In this document: one piece after another, positions 50,275-61,900 of the stretch
How positions within the stretch are numbered: the stretch's first letter is position 1
Layout: each line of letters begins with the position of its first letter
Source: Felis catus
Taxonomy: Eukaryota
Reading direction: 5' to 3'
DNA: 64,000 nt
Assembly: GCF_018350175.1 (NCBI RefSeq)
Contig: NC_058368.1
Span: 4,216,001 to 4,280,000 of the forward strand
Notes under the pieces: model-generated
The model's database searches: none
What the model was told of the DNA's origin: nothing
Seen by the model: only the letters and a program-made list of their open reading frames with translations
Position numbers and translations under genes: made by a program

Positions 50275-50740
50275 CTTATATGTGAATCTTCATGGCGGCA
50301 TTATTCACAGTAGCCCAAAGGTGGAGACAACCCCAATGTCCGTTATCTGAAGAAAGGATAAGCAAAAGCTGTATGTCCATACCGTGGAATGTTACTCAAG
50401 TGTGAAAGGAATGGAGTTCTCATAATAATACAAAACGGTTGAACCTTGAAAACATGACGCTAAGTGAGAGAAGCCAGACACAAAAGGCCACGTAATATTG
50501 CATGATTCCATCCATATGAAATATCCAGAATAGGAAAATTCATCGAGACAGAAAGCAGATTAGCGCTTGCCAGGAAGTCGAGAGAAAGGGGAATGGGGAT
50601 TGAGTACTCGGTGGGTATGGGGTTTCCTTCTGAGGCGATGAAAACGTTCTGGAATTAGTTGTGACAGTTGCCCAATGTTGCGAATATATTCGATGTCACT
50701 AGTGGTAAATGTTATGTATATTTTACCACAATAAAAAAAA
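50275..50740 (+). mobile_element. L1MB/MC-type 3' end
   Basis: gcattattcacagtagcccaaaggtggagacaacccc...ctaagtgagagaagccagacacaaaagg...ttttaccacaataaaaaaaa. Confidence 0.88.
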
Positions 50741-51464
50741 TCAGTCCAGTTTAAATATACATACATAGAAACACATAGAAAAAGCTCATTTTGGACTAAT
50801 ATTCCCATCAGTTACTGCAAAACAAACCACATAGTTCTAAAACCCAAGTCTAAAATGAAAAAAAATAAATAAAGGTGATGACGTCTCACTCTTCTACATT
50901 TATCCAGTGTCCGAATGCTTGGTATAAAGTGGATTAAAAAAATCCAACTGTTTTCGCTTAGCGGCCGACTCTTGTGGTATATCTGGAATTCATATGTTGA
51001 GTGTTAACAGCGATAATTTTGTTTAGCCAGTTTAGATTAACAATATAAAGCTTGCACTCCAAAACTGTGTCCTTGCCTCAGTTAACGTTGCAAAGAGCTC
51101 TTTGTTAATACATTTTTTTTTAATTAAGAACATTGCCAGAAACAGATTCACTGGGCTTTAATCTCGTTAAACCTTCATTTGGTGTGGGATTTTTATTGGT
51201 GATGACAGGACAGCACAGAAAGCAATGAACTGAACTGTTTCCTTGGAACTAGAATGACCTGTCTGTCATAGGGCAGAAAACCTGATGTGTTATTTGCATG
51301 TGCTAAACCCTCTGATGGAAACACAAGGTATTAGTGAAATCTCGAAAATGGAACTTAGAAAGCATAATTCGTTTACAACTTGCTCTTCCCTACTATACCT
51401 ATTTGCTACTCATCTAATTATATCCTAAAGACCTTAAAAATAAAGTTTAAAAAATAATGCTTAA

Positions 51465-51690
51465 GGGGCGCCTGGGTGGTGCGGTCGGTTAAGCGTCCGA
51501 CTTCAGCCAGGTCACGATCTCGCGGTCCGTGGGTTCGAGCCCCGCATCGGGCTCTGGGCTGATGGCTCAGAGCCTGGAGCCTGTTTCCGATTCTGTGTCT
51601 CCCTCTCTCTCTGCCCCTCCCCGTTCATGCTCTGTCTCTGTCCCAAAAATAAATAAAAAACGTTGAAAAAAAATTTTTAAAAAAAATAAT
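51465..51690 (+). mobile_element. Young CanSINE
   Basis: Full body; TSD aataatgcttaa. Confidence 0.94.
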
Positions 51691-51776
51691 AATGCTTAAA
51701 AAGGGCATAAGTTATTTTTCCCTGCAGTAAAATGCAACAATAGCCTCTTTAATCTTGGGGATAAGACAGTTTGAAT

Positions 51777-51790
51777 TTTTTTTAATGTTT

Positions 51791-51836
<46 letters not shown>

Positions 51837-52003
51837 CGAACATGAGTGGGAGAGAGTCAGAGAGAGGGAGACACAGAATCGGAAGCAGGCTCCAGGCTCT
51901 GAGCTGTCAGCACAGAGCCTGACATGGGGCCTGAATTCACGAACCACAAGACCATGACCTGAGCCAAAGTCAGATGTTTAACTGAGCCCCGCCCAGGTGC
52001 CCC
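51777..52003 (-). mobile_element. CanSINE with (GA)n
   Basis: SINE body; TSD aagacagtttgaattt. Confidence 0.93.
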
Positions 52004-55000
52004 AAGACAGTTTGAATTTGTGAAGCTAGATTTGTGTTTTGGATTAGGTCAAGTTATATTGTATATGTTAGTTAGCCAATTAACTAGAATTTACTCGTCT
52101 GTACAAAATTTGAGCCAAGAATCTTTCACACTGTAATATATTTTTTGCTCTAAATGGTTGGGGAAAGCATAGCATAATTTACAACAACAACAAAAAAAAA
52201 GCGAGCGAGCATAAATTTGAGTGTCAGATAAACCAGGCTCAAATCTAGATCCAACCACCCAATATTTGTTTGAAGTAAAAAAGCATACATACATTTATAG
52301 CGATGTATAGCCTTCTTCATCAACAAACCCTCACTGCAGAGGATTATTATGACATTTCGAACGTGAGTAAGTAAGGGGCCCGGCCCGCTCTAGGCGTTTG
52401 CCTGCAGACACGATGTTTGGCCTGTAGTGTTGATAAGCCGGGTAACTGTCTCTAGAAAATAATCACGGGTTCCTGTCATCAACAGTTCTCTAGATGCGCG
52501 TGTCATTTTCTCCACGCTTCTGCATAGTGGGGGGGGGGGGGGGGGGGCAAAAAAGTGTAAGTTGAGTACGTTTGATTTGGTAAAATGTTGGGAGTGCCTA
52601 ATTGTTCCCTTTATCCGGTTCAGCTTAGAATCAGTTTCCAAAGTCGGCACCAAGGCGGCTTTCGCTGGAAGCTGAGGTGGTTGGCCTCCCGAAGGTCCTT
52701 CCCTTTGCTCGCTTCTTTGGTAATTCACCACAAATTAGTCATCACTGTATATGTATGAGTGACTTCAGATTACACTTGGCGTGTAATAACTAAAATAAGA
52801 CGCCTCTGTGACCGGTGCTTGGAGCGCTAATTAAAACTGCTTGGAGAAGGTGAAGCTGTCATCTCCTATTCATTCAGCGATCTTCCAGGTTTGTGTATCG
52901 CCAGCCCCGAGCAACCCTTGCGCTTCCACCTGTGGTCACAGTGACGTCACACCCCGTGTCGCCAGCTGCCCGCACCTGCACCGTCACCAGGGGTGGAAGG
53001 AGACCCAAAAATACCGCTGCCCGCGTAAGACAGACGTTCCTCTCCCACCTCTGCGGTCGTGCAGCCAGTTCTGGGTGGTGGCACAGGCCCGCCTCGCGGC
53101 TGTCATTCAGAGCCCCCAGCGCTTTGCCGGCCTTTGGATATCTCCTTCATCCGTAGGCTCAAGACTGGGCACGGTCCAGCCGTATCCAGCTTCCAGCCCA
53201 CAGTGAAGGCGGTGTCTGGGGCGAGCTGCTCGTCCCTCCGTCAGAGGTGACAGATCTGTCCATCGCCCCCCTTCCCTGTTGGCTCTTAGACATGGCATCA
53301 TCTGGCTGCAAAGGAGGCTGGGAAACGTGGCCTCTTGCTGGGCCCAACCCCAGGGTGTGTTTGGGGGTGCAGGATACGTTCTGTTACCTCCGCCAGAGGG
53401 GAGAAGGATGATCAATCAAACAAATACATCAAGTGTCAGATGGCAGTAAGTAGTGGGAAGGAAAAGCAAGCAGAGAAGGGGAGTAGGGAACACGGAGCGG
53501 GGAGGCACTGCAGTTTGAAAGGGCTCAGTGGGGAAGCCTCGCTAAGCAGGTGATGTTTGCAGAGGGGCAGCCGAAAGAGCAATCGGTGCGGCCCAGGACG
53601 AGCCTTGCGGACCGGCAGTGATGGGCGGGAAAGGTCTGTGGGGAGGGTGGGGTGTGGGAGGAAATGAGGGGGTTGGGGCTGTCGGAGGTTGTCAGAGGTC
53701 TTGCTCTGGACTCAGTTTTGAGCCCGAGATGCATCTCCGTCCGCGCAGAGATGTCCGGTAAGCTGTTGGATAGATGAATCTAGAGTTCAGGGAAGCCATG
53801 CAGACTGGACGCACAAATGCGGGAGAGGGAAAGACAGCATCCTGCTTCATCTTGTTCTTTAATGTCAAGGCCACGGTCCTTCGCGTAGGAAGAAACCGGC
53901 CAGGCCGCAGATAGGTCACGGGACTTTCGTGATAGCGAACGTGTCCGAGGGCGCGCAGAAGCTAGCACCGCACTCACCCGGCCCGAGAGACACTCTCAGT
54001 GAGCCCTCGGCCTCCCTGCTGGTGGATGCTGGTGCCTGTGTGACCAGCCACCGACTCTTCCCTGGGAGGAAGCCGAGATTCAGAGAGGGGGCGAGTCTTG
54101 TCCGTGGCCAGCCGGAGAGCCATGAGAGCCGGAATGGGGAGACCAGTTTCCCTGCTCCCAAGCCAGCCCTCCCTGAACAGGGCCCTTTGTCAGGAACGTA
54201 CTCGGGGAAGAAGGATCTTCTGTTCAGCAGGTTTTAAACAGACCACTAGGAAGCTGGGGTGGTTAAGCAGGTAGGGACATCTGCACGGAAGAAGCACGGA
54301 AATGCACACGAGACCTCACGGAGCACACACACGAGCCTGATGCTTCCGACCCTTCCCGGGTTCAGTTCCCCTCCTCCCCGCCTCAGTGATGCCCAGGCGA
54401 CGCCCTGCGTGCCCGCCTGCAAGACCCACACGAGGCCGAGGGGCCCTGAAATATTCTCTCGGGGGAAGACGCGTCCGTGCGGAACTGGCTTCACGCACAC
54501 CTGGACGGTCTGCTGTTCAGAAAGGCCCCCGATCCCTCCGTGGCCCGGCTGGAGTCAACCTGCAGGCGAGAGCACATCCTTCACGTAGACACGAGCCACA
54601 CTGTGCTTCGTCTTTCCCTGGGAGAATGTGTTTCTCAGAAGCTGCCTGCATCCACAGACCAGTGTGGTCCACCCGAAAGGGTCCCAAGGCCTGGCTCCAG
54701 TTCCTGAGCTGTCCCCGCTTTGCTGTAGCACCTTGGGCAAATTACCTGAAGTCTTGGTTTTCTCATCTAGGAGACACAGGTTGTCCGCGCACCTTCCCGG
54801 CTCTGCCCGGTTGTCAAGGGAGTGAAGTCACCGGGGGTGCATTAGCAGCGTCCAGAGTTCTCCAAGCACCCAGAGGTCTGAGAAGCACATTTCAGGGAAG
54901 TCGGCGGCCTGCACTTGAGCTCCCGATTTGCAGCTTCTGAGGAGTGTTCCTCTTCTGAGACTTTTCCACGAGTAGTCAGAGCCTGAGAACAGATCTCTCC

Positions 55001-55806
55001 AATATATGCGTCTCTGCAGCTACCTTCTGAGGGCAGAGTATCTCTGCGGTTTGGATGTTTTGCACCTTGGTCGCACTCCAAAGAGGGTAAACGTGGACTT
55101 CTCTAGAAACCCTTGCCAGACTTTCTTGGTGACCTCCGTTTTCTTCTATTCAGATTCTCTTTCAGTTGATTTACTGCTTTGTAGGATGTCTTATTCACGG
55201 TAGAGACTCAGCGCCTGTTAGTTGAGCTGCACGCCTACGGAAATGTAGATATGAAATTGCAGTTACCTAACAGTAGAGCAAAATTTCGGCTAAGAAAACA
55301 GTTCTGACTCTGAAGTAAATTGCCAGAAGGTAGTGCTAAGACGATAGTGGAATTTAATAGCTTAATTAGGGTAAGAGATGCCTTTGTATTCCAGAAGAGT
55401 TAAAACTTTCCAGAGACTGTGGACATTCCTGTTCCCAACTCTTCAGAATCCTAATAAGTCATGGGTGAAAGTCCTCACAGGCATTCAGTACGCTTGGTCA
55501 ACTGTGGACGGGAATGTAGTCAAGGCACGCAGGTGGAAAGAATCTTTTCATCTCTGTATCATTGTGGCAATCACAGGTCAGCAAAGCGAAACTTTCAGTT
55601 GGTAGCAGATAAAGCCTTTCCTGAGAATTTCTCAGCAATATCTCAATTAACCGGGACTTAATGTAAGAGAAACCACTTTCTATAACTGGTACCAAACGCC
55701 CCCCTCTCTTTCTCCCCTCCCCCCCTTTTTTTTCTACTCAACCCGAAAAGAATGATAAGGAAACAGACTTTTACCAGAAACTTATGTGAATGAGTGTCTG
55801 GGGTTC

Positions 55807-56013
55807 TTCTTCTTCTTTTTTTTTTTTTTTAGTTTATTTATTTTGAGAGAGAGAGGGAGAGAGAATGCAAGTAGGGAAGGGGCAGACATGGAGGGAGAAC
55901 GAGAATCCCAGGTGCGGAGCCCCACACGGGGCTCAAACTCACCAACGGTGAGATCATGACCTGAGCTGAACTCAAGAGTCAGACACTTAACTGACTGAGC
56001 CACCCAGGCGCCC
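55807..56013 (-). mobile_element. CanSINE
   Basis: SINE body; TSD-like tggggtt(c/g)ttctt. Confidence 0.9.
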
Positions 56014-57502
56014 CTGGGGTTGTTCTTAAATCAAACGCTGTGCGGCCCAGTCTCCCACAACGTCCACGTTTACGTCTGCTTTGCTATATGTGATGATGGA
56101 ACTGAGAAGGATGAGCCCATGTCCTACAAAATGGCTTGTTTGCTGTAACTGTTGTCATAAACTTGGACATATAAACAAAAATCCAGAATGTGGTTTCCAG
56201 AGCCCTGCTTCCCATGGAGACCTCTCTGAGGGGGTGTTGGAGTTAGCAGGATACCTTTTCTTACATCGATGTCAAACACTGAGAGGCAAAACTACTGTAT
56301 TTTTTTTGTTCATCTCCAGATGCTACTGCCGGGGAAATGTTAGCGAGGGGGCTTACTGAGTTATTATGGCAATTCGGTGTCACTGAAATTACAGTATTAA
56401 TACCCTACTGTGGAAAGATATGTATTCATAGGACCTTTATGATTAGCTTGGGGAAAATAGATCCTGAGTCACCAACCACCAAACTCAAAATAAAATTCCC
56501 ACCGGGGGCATTTTAGCGTGTTTATAAGTTGGAAACAGTTGCTGTCAGATGAAGGCAAATGAGGTGAGTAACATATTTTAAAGGAGGTTAAGCAAGAACT
56601 TACAGGTTCTGATAGGGACTCCACTGGAACCTGAAGTCTTAGTAGGGTTTTCCCGAATATCCAATACCGTATGAATCAATGCGCTTAACTCGGCAGTTAC
56701 TACATAGTTAGGAACTTTGAGATCTTCAGCTCCAATCATGTGCCGTGTTTCATCCCGACAACAGCTCTTGCTAAAGCCCCGCGTCGTGTGGAGGTGCGTT
56801 ATGTGATGAAGAGGCTAAGCGAGGGGACCTGATCCCGCTCTGAAGTCAAGCTCCTTTCGCACAAACGCGAGCGAGGTGGCAGTTTCCCACCACTTCACCG
56901 TTTGGGCCAAATCTCCCGGGTCCCTTCCCCTGCAGGCCACCTACCCTGTCCCTTGCGTAGGATACGAATTCTTGTTCGGTTATCGATTGGTCAGGGTGGT
57001 TTGTCCAGCGGTTCCTGTGTTCGTACACCCTCTTGTGCACCTGTCCACCCGCAGAGGCTGTTTCAGATTCAGATTCCATCTCTGTCGGGTCAGGGATGTA
57101 CTTTGCTGTGGGATAAACTTCAGTACCTGCTATTTGGTTATTATAGGGTGTCTGTATGGCTGTAAGTGGTAAGTATTTGTAGGAATATTCAACATGTTTA
57201 TGAGCAAACATCCTTTAAAATGTCTGATCGGACTATGATTCCTAATCATCCAAGCCCAAGCCATATAGCTTAGGTGCCTTCCACCGGGCAATAAGAAACT
57301 TTTATCAGGGTGGCCCCAGAGTCACTGAGCCTAGAAATACCAAGAGTCAGTGTTCTCAGATGATCACCCTGCTATCACGTTTTTATGATTCAACATTACA
57401 AACCTAGAAGTTTCTGTTTCTACCCTCAAGTGTCACACGGTGGAAAACAATCTTATGGGGGAAGGCAGATGTGTAACCAGGGACCAGAAGAAAGGTACCA
57501 GC

Positions 57503-57720
57503 TGGGGCGCCTGGGTGGCCCAGTCGGTTGAGCATCCAACTTTGGCTCAGGTCATGATCTCACTGTTCGTGAGCTCAAGCCCCGCATCGGGCTTGCTGCT
57601 ACCAGGGAGGAGCCTGCTTCGGATCTTCTGTCCACCATCCTCCCTCTCTGCCCCTCCCCTGCTCACGCTTGCTCTCCCTCTCTCTCTCCCTCTCAAAAAT
57701 AAACATTAAAAAAAAAAGAA
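57503..57720 (+). mobile_element. CanSINE
   Basis: SINE body; TSD-like taccagctg. Confidence 0.9.
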
Positions 57721-57804
57721 AGAAAGACAGTTACCAGCTGATGAGTTGGCTTGCCTTTAGGGGCCATGCCGCACAAATACAGACGCCAATCCTTAACGTC
57801 TAGA

Positions 57805-58330
57805 GTGTTGATGTCCAGACAATAGCCATTAGCTGTAGGTGGCTATGGAGCACCCGAAATGTGCTTAGTGCAGACAGAGAAGGGCATATCAATGTGAAGG
57901 CAGCACACTGGGCTTTGACATTGTTGTACAAAATACACAGCGTAAAAGACGCCACTAATAGTTTTTATATCGAATACATGAATACATATATTTTAAGGTA
58001 TGTTGGGTTAGGTAAAATAGATTAATTGTACCTTTTTTTTAGTTTATTTATTTATTTAATGAGAGACGAGAGAGAGCACAGGGAAGGGCAGAGAGAGAGG
58101 GAGAGAGAACATCGCAAGCAGGCTCCGTGCTGACAGTACGCTCCATTGCTGTGGGGCTTGATCTCACCGACTGTGAGATCATGACCTGAGCCGGAACCAA
58201 GAGTCGGACGCTCGACTGACTGAGCCACCCAGGCGCCCCTGTGTTTCTTTTTTTTTTTTTTAACAGGGCATCTAGACAACTTAAGCGAACATGAGGGGCA
58301 CGTGTTACGTTTCCCTCAGGCAGCAGTGGT
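57805..58330. mobile_element. MER33-like hAT-Charlie element split by a minus-strand CanSINE (~58033-58239)
   Basis: tagccattagctgtaggtggctatggagcacccgaaatgtg...tatgttgggttaggtaaaata; resumes tgtttctttttt...catctagacaacttaa after the SINE. Confidence 0.7.
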
Positions 58331-58837
58331 CTGGAGTAACCCTCAGCCTCAGGGGGACTCCAAGGAGCTGAGAGAATCCGAAGGGACAGAATGAGGGCCC
58401 ACCTCACTCAGGGGTCAGGTGCCCAGAGGAGGAGAAAGCGTAATTGCCCCTCTGTGTAGGTTTCAGGCTCTCTCAGATTCTTGTCTGGTTAATTCAGTTA
58501 CGAAGCGGCTGCACTACATGAGATGTTTGTTCATCCCTGTACCCTAAAACTGTGAGTGCTGATTATCATCATTAATAATGATAGCAGTCGAGAGCTAATG
58601 ATTCTAGAGCACCGCGTACAGGACGTGTTCTACACGCCTTCCCTGATAACGCATTTTGTCCTCTCAGTAGGGGGGACGGTTACTAGCAACCCCTCCAGAG
58701 AGCAGAGGCGTGCATGAGACTCCGACAGATTGAGTAATTGGCTCAAGGTTGCTCATCCAGAGGTTAACCCAAGCAGTGAGATTCCAGAATCTCAGCCCTT
58801 AACCATGGCGCAGTCCCACCCTCTAAAGCAGAATCTC

Positions 58838-59045
58838 GGGGCGCCTGGGGGGCCCAGTCAGTTAAGCATCAAGTCTTGATTTCGGCTCAGGTCGAGATCT
58901 GGCGGTTTGTGAGATCGAGCCCATGTCGGGCTCTGCGCGACAACGCCAGGCCTCCTTGGGATTCTCTCTCTCTCCCTCTCTCTGTGTCCCTCCCCTCCTC
59001 ACGTGCTCTCTCTCAAAATAAATAAACATACAAAATAAAATTAAA
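58838..59045 (+). mobile_element. CanSINE
   Basis: SINE body with A-rich tail. Confidence 0.88.
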
Positions 59046-59679
59046 ACAAAATCTCTTTATTGACACTTTCGTACCACATTACAGTGCTGCCCAACCATAG
59101 TATAATAACAGGAATTGTTTTTTTTTTCCTGCAAAATTTAGATGTTCAGTAATTTAACAACCAGGCATGAAAAATATTTACTGTCTCAGAAGTTGGGGGT
59201 TATTATTAGGTTGTGAACATTCTAGCTCCTTGTTTTTCCCTGAAGTTGCCCCAAAAAGCACGCCTTAATTCAGGCCGTTTGAAAATCTAGGTCGTCCAGT
59301 TCCAATTAAATAACAATCGTGACATACCTACTATGTGCCAAATTCTGCATCGACTGCTGGGAGGCACAGAAAGATGAAGAATTCCAGCTGCCCAACAGCT
59401 CTGGCCCAGCGGGCCCAGAGGCACATTCAGACAACACGATGCGTTGAAGGTTGTGTGTCCACAGTGCTGTGGGAAGGCTACCGGGAGGAGGTGAAGTTTT
59501 AAAGGAGTCTCCCGGGAGGTGGGAACGCTCGAGCCATCTGGAAATCCCTCCCCCTGTGTTCTGGGCTCTTCCTTACCTTGCACGGAGGCCGTTCTTAAAG
59601 GCAACCACCATGTCGGGTGGAAACGTCAGAGTCTCCTGGGTTGTCGAGAGCCTGCTGATCCCCTTCCTGTGGTTTCCAG

Positions 59680-59844
59680 GTACCAGCAAGGTCAACCTGG
59701 TGAAGATCCCGTCCACGGCCTCCAGCCCGCGGGACACAGCCCTGGCGGCCGTGATCTGCAGCGCCCTGGCCACCGTCCTGCTGGCCCTGCTCGTCCTCTG
59801 TGTCATCTATTGTAAGAGGCAGTTCATGGAGAAGAAACCCAGCT
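59680..59844 (+). CDS. TNFRSF19: TNFRSF19 transmembrane exon: (C)TSKVNLVKIPSTASSPRDTALAAVICSALATVLLALLVLCVIYCKRQFMEKKPS(W)
   Basis: Acceptor tttccAG (59678-59679) and donor T|GTGAGT (59845). 165 nt, phase 1-1. Hydrophobic TM helix followed by KR. Corresponds to the C-terminal part of ORF 59451..59855. Confidence 0.97.
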
Positions 59845-60290
59845 GTGAGTGTTGAGCTCTGTCTGTTCCTTAGCATCTGGGTGAGGTGTGTTTCTCGTCG
59901 TGGTCACTCGAGCCTCCCCGAGGGCCTTGACCAAGACAACGGTCGAGAGCTGTGAAAGGGACAGAGCACACGTGGAAACGGGCTCACAGCCACCCGGTCC
60001 CCCAGGGGCACCGCTGTAGAAGGACACTGGAAAGGCGGCCGTGTCCCGTGCCTCTCGGCAAAAACGGAAGTCGGTCTTCGTTCTGGCCACAGAAGTACTC
60101 TGTGGCGTGAGCTTTGACAAATTGCTTCGTATTTGTGTCTCCGTGTGAGGAGAAGTATTTTTAGATGGGAACGTAGCCACCTCTTTCTTCAGAAAGACAA
60201 GGGCCAGAATGGTGCATGTCTGCATATGGTGTTCGTGGGCTCCTTTACGGAGGAAATGGTCCCCACTGACCGAATTCTCGCCCCCTGTAG

Positions 60291-60416
60291 GGTCTCTGAG
60301 AGCACAGGACATTCAGTACAACGGTTCTGAACTGTCATGTTTTGACAGACCTCAGCTCAACGGATCTGCTCCCAGACCGTGTTGTAAGTGTCACCAGGAC
60401 TCGGCCCAGACCTGCG
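60291..60416 (+). CDS. TNFRSF19: TNFRSF19 first cytoplasmic exon: (W)SLRAQDIQYNGSELSCFDRPQLNGSAPRPCCKCHQDSAQTC(G)
   Basis: Branch-like CTGAC (~60266), acceptor ccccctgtAG (60289-60290) and donor G|GTAAGT (60417). 126 nt, phase 1-1. Lies within ORF 60209..60502. Confidence 0.95.
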
Positions 60417-60708
60417 GTAAGTGCAGCGGGGTCAGGGGCCGTCAGGGGAACCCCAGGGACGCCGACCCTGCAAAGAATTGTCCCCGTTTGTCCCACAGCT
60501 GAGGAGCTCTGCTTCGTTTTCTAATTACAGCTAGTCTTGTTAAGTTATTCTCTGTCTCCCGATGATTTTGGTGTTTTGAGCCTTTTACATATTAAAAAGA
60601 GAAGCAGCTCATTAAAATTCTAGTATTATTCAGCAACTTTGAAAAGCAAATTTGCCTTTATTGTTTTAGGTCAATAGAGTTAAAATAATGTCAACCTTCT
60701 GTTAATCC

Positions 60709-60903
60709 TTTTTTCAAAACGTTTATTTATTTTTGAGAGAGTGCAAGCCGGGGAGGGGCCGGGGGGGGGGCGAGGGGATCCTTGACAGGCTCTGCGCCGA
60801 CAGGCTGTCAGCACAGAGCCCGAGGTGGGGCTGGAACTCACGAACCGCGAGATCATGACCTAAGCCGAAGCCGGACATTTAACTGACCAAGCCACCCAGG
60901 AGC
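60709..60903 (-). mobile_element. CanSINE
   Basis: SINE body. Confidence 0.88.
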
Positions 60904-61100
60904 CACTGACAGGGTCCTTTTGTAGAGTAGGAGTGTGTATCCTGTCTTGTCTGGTGGATTCAAGCCGAGCTTGGAGGTGTCCGTGAATGTCTCTCAGGAT
61001 TTCTTAAAGAACAGCAGGGAGGGAGACGGACGGCAGGGTTTCCCGCAGACCTCGATGGCCTTGGAGCCACTCCTTAAGCTGAGCGTTTCCCACTTAGACC

Positions 61101-61124
61101 GGGTTAGGGTTAGGGTTAGGGTTA
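61101..61124 (+). repeat. Short interstitial telomeric repeat (GGGTTA)4
   Basis: gggttagggttagggttagggtta read directly. Confidence 0.9.
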
Positions 61125-61149
61125 CCTGATTTTAATCTGGCACAGGTCC

Positions 61150-61900
61150 GTAATCTTTCTTTGTGTCATGACATCATTCTTTTTGACGGACACAGGCCAG
61201 TGTTTGTCTGCTGTTTCCAGACGGCCGTATTCCCAAGTACCGCAGAGGCGATGCTGTGTCCTTCTCAGTGCCCCATATCAGGAGCCACAGCTTGTGCAGC
61301 CGCCCCATTCCCGGTCAGGTTCATTTGGGTCCCTTCGTTAAGGTGGCATCGGCCAGGTTTTCGCTGCTGTAAAATTATTGTTGTTCTCTGTGTAATTGAC
61401 AGATACCTTCTGGGAGACTCTCTGACACCATGTAAATATCCCATCACCCTCCAAACTTTCACCCCGGAGTTTAGCATCCCCCGATGGTTCTTACCTGCAT
61501 CAGTCATTACCATGATGCTGGTTTCATAATTCCATCATTCTCTCCACATTAGCTGGTTTCCTATGGTAAGAAAGAACTTCTCCTTCCCCATTTATTTATT
61601 TACACGAATTAGCATGGACTCCTGGACCCTCTTCCACGGCTGATGCTCCTTTGCTACCATTACTTATCTTGGCGCTCACAATTTCCTAGCCTAGGTCAGT
61701 GGAAGTCCCTTCAGGGTGGCTCATGTGTCATCTTGACACGTCCTGATTATTCTCTTGGCGCTTTCTTAATTTCTGGCACAAAGTAAGTTCCAGGCTTATC
61801 TCGCACTTTCACTGCTTGAGCCCTAGGAAACAGCCATTTCTAAAAGGAATGGCAGTGCCTTTTACTTGCAGATAATTTTGAAACGTCTCACGGTGAGCAT
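61150..61900 (-). mobile_element. L1MC4/5-like 3' UTR
   Basis: tgtgtccttctcagtg...ttaaggtggcatcggccaggtttt...tgtaaatatcc...aaactttcacc...ttctggcaca...gttccaggct matches recalled L1MC 3' end in antisense. Confidence 0.75.

Noticed and set aside
56579..56588. Shine-Dalgarno-like TAAAGGAGGT
   Set aside because: Eukaryotic intron and no start codon at a suitable distance; chance match.
57090..57185. Faint resemblance of YLPLTA...NN...VYP to parvovirus capsid and of YP...PDP to polyomavirus VP1
   Set aside because: Only a few scattered residues recalled from memory, with wrong spacing; insufficient to name a viral origin.
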